Source: Octopus sinensis
Lineage: Eukaryota
Length of the DNA stretch: 64,000 bases
Reading direction: 5' to 3'
Assembly: GCF_006345805.1 (NCBI RefSeq)
Contig: NC_042997.1
Span: 73,470,001-73,534,000, forward strand
A model generated the notes under the pieces. That model searched no databases. It was not told where the DNA came from and worked only from the letters and a program-made list of their open reading frames with translations. This document shows, piece by piece, positions 53,294-64,000 of the stretch; the first letter of the stretch is position 1; each line of letters opens with the position of its first letter. Both the position numbers and the translations under genes were made by a program.

Positions 53294-53700
53294 ATATGTG
53301 TGTGTATACAGAGAGAGAGAGTGTGTGTGTGAGAGGCCTAGGTGTGGCTGAGTGGTTAGAAGTTTGCTTCCCAACGACATAGTTCTAGTTCAGTTCCATT
53401 GCGTGGGACCTTGTGTAATTGCTTTACGCCGATCAAAGCATTGCAGAAAATGAAAAGAAGCCGGTCGTATATATTATATATATATATATATATGTATATA
53501 TATACGACCGGCTTCTTTTCATTTTCTGTCAACCTAATCCATTCGCAATGCTTTGATCGGCGTAAAGCATTTACACAAGGTCCCACGCAATGGAACTGAA
53601 CTCGAAACTATGTCGTTGGGAAGCAAACTTCTAACCACTCAGCCACACCTAGGCCTCTCACACACACACTCTCTCTCTCTCTCTCTCTGTATAAACACAC
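53050..53700. repeat. Family 3 SINE fragments rearranged into two inverted duplications
   Basis: 44-bp perfect inverted arms at 53129-53172 and 53219-53262; ~170-bp arms at 53296-53470 and 53500-53690 around (TA)n. Confidence 0.9.
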
Positions 53701-53707
53701 ACATACA

Positions 53708-53813
<106 letters not shown>

Positions 53814-54840
53814 TATATGTATAGATATATATATGTATACATATGTGTGTGTGTATGTGTACGTATGCATAAATATATATGTACACATACCCAAGCACAT
53901 GCATAAAAGCATATTTAGTTCTCGCTCTCTCACATACTCAGACACAAACACATCTAAAAGTGAAAATATTAAACATACTAACAAAATGTGAAACAAGTTG
54001 AAGTCACTCAGAAACATAGATTCATGTAGTACGAGAATATTTCCTGCATAAAGAATGATGTTGTAACATTAACATCTTAATTAGGTAGTAATAACATTTT
54101 TCAATTTAAGCATTTTTTAAACATGTGTATACAATTTACATGATTTTAAGTTCTACAGGATAACTGTTCCAACAAGCATGAGATAGACCGAAGAAGAAAT
54201 AAACTATCAGACGACAATTGATCAATAAATACGCATGTAGATAGGCAGATTTAATAAACACACACACACACACACACACACTCAGATATATATTTATATG
54301 CGTATATATATGTGTGTGTGTGTGTGTATGCATGTATGCATACACACCCACACATATGCATATAAACATATATATATAATACACACAAACTCACACAAGA
54401 TATATACATACATGTGCATGCGTATTAACACAAACACACACGCACGTATATGTATACATATACGTCTATACAGATATAGATATTTACAAACATACCCATA
54501 TAGACATATATTGAATTGAAGCTATACTTATATAGATTTTGAAGTCGCGCTGTTTCTGAAGATATAAGGAATATTGAGCAGATATTTAATTCTGCTACTA
54601 GCAGCTGCATGAACGTTCATACTCTTCTCTCCGCTCACGTGGTAATTATCATACTAGCACCATGCCTGCGTGCATAACAAACAGTGTTTAGATTCTTTCT
54701 TTATTTGTATTTTTATTGCCGCCCTTTTCGTAATTAATTCAAAATACATTCGGAGCTTTTACTTTCGTTACGCTGAATTATGATTCTTAAGAATAGTCGC
54801 ATACAAGCTAGATAATAACAGAAAATTATTATTATTATTA

Positions 54841-54877
<37 letters not shown>

Positions 54878-54892
54878 GTGTGTGTATGTATG

Positions 54893-54923
<31 letters not shown>

Positions 54924-55599
54924 ATGTTTGTATGTATGTGTGTATGTGTGTGAATGTGTATGTATGTATATGTATGCATAAATATAAAGAAAGAGATAAT
55001 GAGAAAATGAAATAAGTACGGAAACAATAAATGCGTATTTCCCAGTTAGTAATTGTTGTGCTAATCAGCTGCAAATATTCCGGTCCCGATTCGTAAATTT
55101 GGATTTGTAAATATAGTTCGTCAATATTTTCCACACCGAGAAACTTGCTTAAGGAATATAAACAGCAGTTTTAATATTTAGAAGAACAGCAACACCAACA
55201 ACATCAATAGAAAAAAAACGTAACGGAAAGAAGGGAAATATTACATGTTGAAATATCAATATACATTCGTACTAACACAGTCACACGAACATTTAGATTA
55301 TAAACCTCGGCTCGCGCGCATGTGTGTGTGTGTGTGAGCGAGTAAGTATGCGTTGGTACGTATTTTTTCCCACTTATGCGGTGTTTGTTACCATGAAGAC
55401 GGATCTTAGAAAATCTCAACGAAATTTACATATACTTGGCTTTATGAAAACAAATGTGAAATCATAGAACGTAATATATACATATATTTTATTTTTGCAC
55501 CTGAACTTATTACCAACATTAAGGTGAGTAAATTTAACACTTAATTTTTATATAATTACTATTGTTTATATGTGTTTTTGTTCAAATCCCACCGAAGTC

Positions 55600-56100
55600 A
55601 ACTTTCATCCTTCCGACACAGATGAAATAAGTGTCAGCCACGTATTGCGAGTCTTAGTGTCAACTAAGTCCCTCCCCTCAAAATACCTTATACCTGAATT
55701 AGAAACAATTTTAGAAAGAAGGGAATTGGCACAATAAAGCGTCAAGCAATTTGTTCCGCTATTTTGCCCGGTTCTGTATATTCTGAGTTCAAATTCCGAT
55801 TTGTTCACCTTTGGCTTTCGGTTTCCCCAATCGGATAAAATAAAGTACTTGTGAAGTACTACGGTCGATATAATCAATTCACTCCCACAAAATGTCTGGC
55901 CTTGTACCTTTATTAGAAACAATTATAATTAAAACAGATGGATTATCAGAATCGTTTAAGCGCCTGACAAAATGCTTTGCAGTGTTAAGACTTTGCGATT
56001 TGAGTTCAAATCCCGTCGTAATTAACTTTGTCATTCTTTCGAACTCGATACAATAAAGTAGCAATCTACAAGGGTAGATTTAATTGACAAGCCTTTTACC
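55600..56100. mobile_element. Cluster of old family 4 SINE remnants
   Basis: gagttcaaattcc...ctttcgg...gataaaataaagtac motifs at ~55785 and ~56000. Confidence 0.55.
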
Positions 56101-57849
56101 CCAAAGTTTTCTTCTGCCTACGGTAGAAACAAATACCGGCTGTCTATATATTTGGAGTTTAAATATTTTCGAATATTCTTTGTTTCAAACATCTTTCCAG
56201 TGTTAATAAAATAAACAGCAGTACAATCTTAGGAATTATTAGAGTGGCAGTGTTCTTAGAGCATCAATCCCCGATGAGGTTACGTTAGTTTTGTATACTT
56301 TTAGGACAAAATAAGGTGCTGGATTCGCTATAATAAACCAAAATATGTGTTATTGTATATAACTTGCATATTGATAATATCTTTTTCTTACCCTATCTCT
56401 CTTTCTTCTTCTCTTTCTCTGTACCCAGATATATATAGGCATGTGCGCGCGCGTGTGTGAGCATGTGTGTGTAATTATTTATCTCTAATTTCTCAGTTTC
56501 TTAATTTTCTAACCATACTAAGTTCCACTAAATAACTATAATTTTACTTTATATTATATTTCTCAAATGGATTAATCCCTGTTTGTAAACTTGAATATAC
56601 CATCATTCTCCTATACTTATCTATTTTACGGGAAAAACTTTTTAAAAATATTTTCTATCATACTGGTGTCTATGTCTGTGCATTTTTAGTAGCTTTTGTT
56701 TACTATGTACGATAGTTGGGACATGAAAACTATGTAGCTGATTTTAAATATTATGGAATACAAATAGAAACCAATCTCCGAGTTTGGATTCGTCATTGCA
56801 TTCTTATCAATTTGTACTTCTATTCGAAGTACAGGAACGATATGCTTACAGGCGCTTCAATATGTCCTGAACTACGTTTTGGAAACATCCTGCAACATTT
56901 GTATAGTAGTAATCTAGATTTTCAAACATAAAACTCTTACTCACATAGAATGCGATGTGAACTCAAGAAAAGTTCGAGAGCTAGACTTAAAAATACAAGT
57001 ACTTAACTTTCTATTTTCCATTCAGAAGCACGTTTTATTAGGTATTATAGTTGATGGCTGCATAGTTAGCAACTTACCTTCAGAATCATGATGTCTTGGT
57101 TTCAGTTCTGATGCGAATCATCTTGGGCAAGTTTCATTTTCTATAGTGTCGGATCGCCTCACAGCTGTGAGGGTAGACAGTAAATGCATGCACTGCCGGA
57201 CAGATTGTAGATGTAACTCTAAAGTACAGCCTTTTCATGCTAATTCTGTCTGAGAATTACATAGAGGATACATGTGTCAATAAAATGCTCAACCATTTAC
57301 TGGCTACTTCAATGAGTTTGGTATTTAAATTCATCGAGCAACTGAACACCCATGGGGAAAAGTACGGGTCGAAACCCTATTTTTTCAATTTAAGGATTTT
57401 ATTTTATTTTTGCACTCATTTCTTGTCATAACCAATGATTAGTGGTAATGGATCGGTGAGATCGTGATGTGAGCGTATCTTTCTTGGCTCTTCACGAAGC
57501 CTATACAATTACAAAATAGAGAAATACACCGAGTACATGACTGGTATTTTATCAACCGATTTTCAAGGATTGGTAGGCAAAGTTAGCCTCGGCAGGATTT
57601 CAACTCAGAGTGCAGAAGGCCACATATAAATATCACAAATCATTATATGCCATGCTCTCATTTTATGATTATATTCTTGAATTTGGCATTTAGCTTATTT
57701 AGATCTTGGTATACAAATGATGCTATCTTTTTTGCATTGGTGAACCACCTAAACACCGAAACCTGGTCCTTGCAGTGAATCGATCCATATTTTGCGCCTC
57801 TAAGCTCACAATAAAAGTACAATTAAGTAAACCTCTACACACTTTATAG

Positions 57850-58196
57850 ATCGACCCCAGTGCATAACTGCTACATAATTTATTGACCCCGAAAGGATGA
57901 AGGGCAAAGTCGACCTCAGTCGAATTTGAACTCAGAACGTAAAGACAGACGAAATAGCGCTAAGCATTTCGCCCGGCGTGCTAACGTTTCTTATTTCTTT
58001 ACTGCCCACAAGGGGCTACACGCAGAGGGGACAAACAAGGACAAACGGATTAAGTCGATTATGTCGACCCTAGTGCGTAACTGGTACTTACTTAATCGAG
58101 CCCGAAAGGATGAAAAGCAAAGTCGACCTCGGCGGAATTTGAACTCAAAACGCATTTCGCCCGGTGTGCTAACGATTCTGCCAGCTCGCCGCCTTC
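57850..58196 (-). mobile_element. Family 4 SINE with duplicated central domain
   Basis: Reverse complement of the 47404-type element. Confidence 0.85.
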
Positions 58197-59279
58197 TTAG
58201 GGTTTCAAATGTCAGATCTTTTAAATCGAAAATTGTTGAAGAATTATTAACTGCAATTTCCTATTTAACATGATTCCATTTATTTTCCATAGAATATAAG
58301 GCAATTATAAATATTCGCATGAGTAGGCGAGGTTTTCAGAATATTGATGTAGGTTCTCAAATTTATGTTTGTTGTGCTTTGAGACATCAAATACAAACTG
58401 CAATATAAATGTTTTGCCAATAGATATTACTTTAAACCACTCCTCTTTAGTTCAATTATTACGATCCCTGCATAGAGTAAAAAAAATGGCTGTATGGTTT
58501 TGGGGGCTAGCCTTTATTTCTACATTCGACGACTTCTAACTAGTATCTTTGCGCGTACAGTACTGCTAAATATAAATCAGTTTTAGTTAGGGTGAAACGA
58601 TTTGCTCAATGATAGATGCCTTTCGCTCAGTTGCTTTCTTTCTGAGAGAAACTTCATTGCAACAATTAGAGTCATTAAAAAAATTTTTGGTAAGAATTTC
58701 GTAGATTTATATTTGCATTATCTAAAAGGTCAAATAACGATGAAATCAAATAGTAGTAGTTTTTATACACATACATACATACATACATACATACATACAT
58801 ACATACATACATACATACAAATAGATGGATAGACAGATAGAGAGACAGACGGACGAACAGACGGACAGGCAGACAAATTAGCAGCTTTGCTATCACTCTC
58901 CCTAACTAAGAAAGTCAAAACTTGCACCGTCTCTACCTTCACTGAGGTAATAAACAACTAGCCAACCTACACTGAAGATATGAAGCAGAAAGTGTAGGAC
59001 AGAGGAACGAGTGGAGATGGAATGACAGTATCATACATTAAAGTGATGACTTGCTTGAATCGCGAGCTGCTACATAGTCGTTCAGCCTGCTGAAAATTTT
59101 AGCTAAATGGCTGTACAATCCCACCTTCCAGCCTTAAATGAAACTTATGTTGAAAAATATACTTCAGTGTATACAAACGGTGGAACAGTCACTACTAGCA
59201 TCTCATTTTAACAGATATATTTACCAAACTTTCATTACAATATCTTGAAATACTAAGTTTATTCAATAAAATCGCCTTT

Positions 59280-59870
59280 TGCTTCAACCAGAGCCTCCAG
59301 ATGACTTCGGAATCTTTTGCAACTCATCTGGACGGTCCCCTTGTTTAAGTTGGTGAATGCTACCATAATCCTTGCCTTCAGTTCATCTTTGGTGTTACAT
59401 GGAGTTCTGTTGGTCTCTCGCTCAACTCGCATAACACATAATAATTAAGGGGCTTGCAGTATGGGGAGTTAGGTGGCCTGATGTTGGGGTGATGTGGTCG
59501 CAGAAATTGTCTGACAGCCATGGCTGGGTTATCCTGCTTGTGCAGCATGGTGCAGAGTCCTGTTACCAAACATAAGGCTTTCCAGCAGCCACCTTCTTGA
59601 CCCAGGGCAGCACTACCTCCTTCAGAAAATTGATGTGGGCCTCTGCGTTGAGTGTGAGGCCGTGTGGAAAGATGAGGCATAACGTCGCAATCACTACTGA
59701 TCACTCCAAACAACATGATGTTGACTGGATGTTTGGTTTTGATCAATCTCGGTGCATGTCTTCATATTGCACTGTCCTCAGATGTCGTTTCCAAATCTCT
59801 GTCAGAGTGATTTGCGTCATGATTTTGTTTTTCTCAAAGACGGAGACCAACTGACCCAACTATACTGTGT
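59280..59870 (-). mobile_element. Tc1/mariner superfamily (maT-like) transposase C-terminal relic
   Basis: ORF 59378 KTKHPVNIMLFGVISSDCDVMP...RPPNSPYCKPLNYYV (cf. WPPNSPDLNPLDY); frameshifted. Confidence 0.8.
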
Positions 59871-59953
59871 AGTTGACAAACTCAAAAACAAACCATGCGC
59901 ATGCACAAAATAAAAAACCCTAAAATGGCAACTTTACCCATCGCACAATGTAC

Positions 59954-59984
<31 letters not shown>

Positions 59985-59986
<2 letters not shown>

Positions 59987-60192
59987 ACCGCGTGTGTACC
60001 GTTGGCGATTTTTTTTCCTCCGTCTTCCCTTCTCTGGATCTTTCCTTTTCCTATGTTTCTGACGAAGAGCTCCGCTGGAAACGTTGAACACTCCTTCTTC
60101 CCTTCCTTCCTGAGCGTCCAATAATACTATATTTGTTCCACGTCCTCGCGTTGTTGTGTTTTCTCTTTGTGTTTTCATTTTTGGATTAACTT
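59985..60192 (+). mobile_element. Family 2 repeat with hammerhead motif at 60054-60090
   Basis: TGTTT-CTGACGA-A-GAGC-TCC-GCTG-GAAAC-GTT-GAACA; 5-bp stem I. Confidence 0.8.
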
Positions 60193-60477
60193 TAAATATA
60201 TATATCAAAATCAGCAACAGGATGTCCAGAGGTGATGCATTATCTCCGTTTCAAGCGGCTCCATTTAATTGAACAATGCAATCATCACTTCAATTTCAAT
60301 GCAGGGCTATCCTCAGCTGCATAAATAGATAAATAGAATATTTCTTTAATCAATCGGACATATTTGTGTAATTTTACATAAATTTTCTCAGAGGGTAAGG
60401 AGGCAGACGGAGTCCATGTTGTTGTTACTTCTTCTAAGCTGCATAGACAAGAGCATGAACTTATGAAATATATATAT

Positions 60478-60511
<34 letters not shown>

Positions 60512-60539
60512 ATATATATTTCATATATTTCTATAAGAA

Positions 60540-60587
<48 letters not shown>

Positions 60588-60594
60588 TATATAT

Positions 60595-60709
60595 TTGTAA
60601 GCCTACTACTTATTCTATCGGTCAGTTATGCCGAACCGCTAAGTTACGGGGAAGTAAACACACCAGCGCCGGTTGTCAAGCGACGTTGGTGGGACAAACA
60701 CAGACACAG

Positions 60710-60741
<32 letters not shown>

Positions 60742-60766
60742 TCATATATATATATATATATATATA

Positions 60767-60833
<67 letters not shown>

Positions 60834-61001
60834 GAACACATATACGACAAGCTTCTCTTAATTTCCGTCTACCAAATCCACTCACTAGGCATTGGTCGGC
60901 CCGAGGCTATAGTAGAAGACACTTGCCCAAGGTGCCACGCAGTGGGATTGAACCCAGAAGCATGTGGTTGGTAAGCTACTTACAATACACCCACTCCTAC
61001 G

Positions 61002-61005
<4 letters not shown>
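60595..61005 (-). mobile_element. Family 3 SINE interrupted by an expanded (TA)n tract
   Basis: Head at 60845-61005, body at 60595-60712. Confidence 0.75.
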
Positions 61006-61055
<50 letters not shown>

Positions 61056-61061
61056 ATATAT

Positions 61062-61235
61062 TTACATTATTTACATTTGACTGATATTTGTCCCCATCTT
61101 GTTTGTTGTTGACACAACATTTCGGCTGATATACACTCCAGTCTTTAGCAGGTGTCTCGGGGAAATTTCGAACTTGGGTTCTCATTCCTAAGGTATTTTC
61201 CGATGTTGTTGTTGTTGTTGTTGTTGTTATTATTA

Positions 61236-61295
<60 letters not shown>

Positions 61296-61360
61296 TCAGT
61301 GCCTGGAGTCGAACTCGGAGTCTTGGGGTTAGTAGGTCCCCGCTCTTAACCACTACGCCA
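61062..61360 (-). mobile_element. Family 1 hammerhead-SINE, copy d
   Basis: Head TGGCGTAGTGG...GAGTTCGACTCC; hammerhead 61111-61156 with perfect CAGCC arm but core mutated to CTGCTAA. Confidence 0.85.
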
Positions 61361-61402
61361 TATAACCACTACAGCATATGCCTGTGGGCATAGAGCAGGG
61401 GC

Positions 61403-61700
61403 TTCTAACTCCAAGATTCCGAGTTTGATTCCAGGCAGTGAGCTGAATAATAATAATCATAATAATAATAATAATAATAATAATAATATAATAATAATAA
61501 TAATAATAATAGCAATGATAATAATAACAACAACATCGGAAAATACCTTACGAATGAGAACCCAGGTTCGAAATTTCGTCAATGCACCTGATGAAGGTCG
61601 GAGGGTATATCAACCAAAACGTTGTGTTAACAACAAACAAGGTTAGGACATAGATCGAATATAAATAATGTACATCCTTCCTCATCTCTTAAATATAGAA
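61403..61700 (+). mobile_element. Family 1 hammerhead-SINE, copy e (A box missing)
   Basis: ccaagattccgagtttgattccaggcagtgagctgaat(AAT)n...gcacctgatgaaggtcggagggtatatcaaccaaaacgttgtgtt. Confidence 0.85.
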
Positions 61701-61724
61701 ATGTAATATATATATATTTGATAT

Positions 61725-61755
<31 letters not shown>

Positions 61756-61837
61756 TTCATATAAATATATGATATATGTATATATATGTGTGTGTGTCTA
61801 TGTATGTATGTATGTATGTATGTATGTATATGAAGTC

Positions 61838-61893
<56 letters not shown>

Positions 61894-61949
61894 CAAAAAA
61901 TGTAATTGACCTCGATATTATGTAAATAGTGGGATTTATTTCTAACATA

Positions 61950-62149
61950 ATATGTGACAATTATTCGGTTGCTATGATAAACCCTTTTGTCTTAATAATG
62001 GTCATTTACATAGTAATTTCCCTTTGCTTAACTGTCATTTTCATAGCATATTTTAAATGCTTGATAACTGAACAGATGCCGGTGCACGTTTCCGCTCCGA
62101 TATCCGAAACTCGGTGGTTTATCATGGCAACCGAATAATTGTCACATAT
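61950..62149. mobile_element. MITE with 34-bp TIRs
   Basis: atatgtgacaattattcggttgctatgataaacc pairs with ggtttatcatggcaaccgaataattgtcacatat. Confidence 0.85.
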
Positions 62150-62170
62150 TATATTAGAAATAAATATATG

Positions 62171-62211
<41 letters not shown>

Positions 62212-62679
62212 GATAAATATCAGAGTGAGTTATCAACAGTAGCAGAAACACATCGTGATGTAAATATGCCATTTGAATATGGCTAACCCCTAAGGGTGGA
62301 TGCTACTGTAATTTTTAGCCCCAGGAAGACATCTCCTCCAGCTGGCTATAGACACACTTTCTGTGCCCTATCAGTATTTGCAAAGGGAAGCCATCCTTCC
62401 CGTCTTCAAATGATACACACGAACTCGAGTTTCAAGGTATTGACCTATCATCAGCGTGTGGCAATCACAGTTGTCGATAGGAAAGAGGTTCTCTTTACAA
62501 ATACATATACTTTTTCCAGTGTTCAGTGACACTGATATTGAAAAAGTGAAATCAAACAATGATAAATATCAGAGTGAGTTATCAACAGTAGCAGTTGGCA
62601 TATTTACATCACGATGTGTTTCTGCTACTGTTGGATTTTGTTCAAGTAATGCCTCAAGGAGCTTATCATGAAACATAAC

Positions 62680-62877
62680 TGGTTACCCTGTTCGATCTTC
62701 ATCTTCAAGGCTGAAATCTCCACTTCTGAATTTTGCAAAACATCTTCTGCAAGTTCTTTTATTCAAGCATTCTTTCCACTAAAGTGAGTGCATGTTTCGA
62801 GTCGCTTTGGCTCCAGAGTTTCCTTTTTCGTACTCATAAAGCATTATGTGCCTCAAATATTCTTTGGATACTTCCAT
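62680..62877 (-). mobile_element. Mariner transposase N-terminal (HTH) relic
   Basis: Manual translation MEVSKEYLRHIMLYEYEKGNSGAKATRNM..*..ECLNKRTCRRCFAKFRSGDFSLEDEDRTG* matches the Mos1-like RHxxLY...WFxKFRSGDFSLED motif. Confidence 0.88.
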
Positions 62878-63085
62878 GTTTGAGGGGTTTTAATGAACGT
62901 AATATTAATTCTATTATCCTGCAAAATAATATTTATAATATTTAATTAGTTTAAATGTACAGAAATGGCTAAAAATAATTTTTAATGCCTGAAGACATTC
63001 TAAAATACTATTGAATTTCGCTCAATTTTGAAAAAGGTAAAATCGGATAGAACGCATGGGATGAGCTTTATATATATATACATAG

Positions 63086-63780
63086 TCAATAATAATAAGG
63101 GTAAGATTAATTAATTAGTAATTGATAATTTTACCAAGCAGTGTTCAGTATGTAAAAGGACCATTTACAGTATATTTAAACATTAATTTATAAGTTAGGG
63201 TTCAGCAAAAAAAAATTACTTTACCACATAGCGAACTTTTAGAAACAGCAGCCAAAGAATTTAGCTATTTCTCCTACTATAAGAAGAGTCTCCCAGACAA
63301 TGTATACTCAAAAACAATTCACGTAGGCATAGAGGGAAAAATAACGAAATTTATATTTGAGAGCACTAAAAATCGAACGTACCCGTCTGATTTGAGTAAA
63401 TTTAACGAAATCTTGGGCTGATGAGAGGAATTTTGGAATAGGTATGTATTTATAACATCTCTATATCTAACTAACCCAGAAACGCGTTCTCAAGTAATCG
63501 ATTTATGGGTGATCTTTCGTTATTTTTCCCTCTATGCCTACGTGAATTGTTTTTGAGTATACATTGTCTGGGAGACTATTCTTATAGTAGGAGAAATAGC
63601 TAAATTCTTTGGCTGCTATTTCTAAAAGTTCGCTATGTGGTAAAGTAAATTTTTTTTTGCTGAACACTAATTTATAAAGTAAAGTTTAAATATACTGTAA
63701 ATGGTCCTTTTACATACTGAACACTGCTTGGTAAAATTACTAATTACCAATTAATTAATTTTACCCTTATTATTATTGAC
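63086..63780. mobile_element. Foldback/MITE with ~265-bp TIRs
   Basis: gtcaataataataagggtaa...agagggaaaaataacgaaa is mirrored at 63518-63780; related to the 17-19.7 kb array unit. Confidence 0.9.
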
Positions 63781-64000
63781 AATATAATTATCTCCCTGAT
63801 AATAAACTACAGATCCTTCTGTAAGAATTTGTTGCTCTATAACTCACGTGGGTGGACAAGGGAGGATGTAAAGCCTCATTCGTACGTTTTGAATTCGTTA
63901 GTACTGGAGGTCGAAGGTGGTTCGTCTGGGGTTACTCAAATCAGACGGGTACGTTCGATTTTTAGTGCTCTCAAATTTAGATTTAACGAAATTTTGGGCT

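Noticed and set aside
56716-57431. Short plus-strand ORFs (71 and 64 aa)
   Set aside because: No consistent splice signals and no recognisable homology.

Overview
AT-rich, repeat-dense metazoan genomic DNA. The microsatellite load ((TA)n, (CA)n, (TATG)n, (AAT)n, (CTA)n) and the SINE and LINE repertoire look like an octopod cephalopod; this taxon call is an inference. Almost all ORFs in the supplied track are microsatellite or repeat artefacts. Supported content: (1) at least six decayed R4/Dong-clade non-LTR retrotransposon copies, the best preserved sitting between (AAT)n tracts; (2) two Penelope-like (GIY-YIG) relics; (3) mariner, maT-like and integrase relics; (4) several tRNA-derived SINE families, non-autonomous Helitrons and many foldback/MITE elements; (5) two tandem arrays (~359 bp and ~550 bp units), each with one internal inversion; (6) three phase-compatible candidate exons of an unidentified host gene at 39.1-41.4 kb (+). 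The most notable observation is that three repeat families carry Penelope-type minimal hammerhead ribozyme motifs. One of them is a chimeric element: tRNA-derived Pol III head, (AAT)n linker, hammerhead tail. It occurs four times and may be a Penelope-mobilised, ribozyme-bearing SINE. All calls were made by eye, without database searches.
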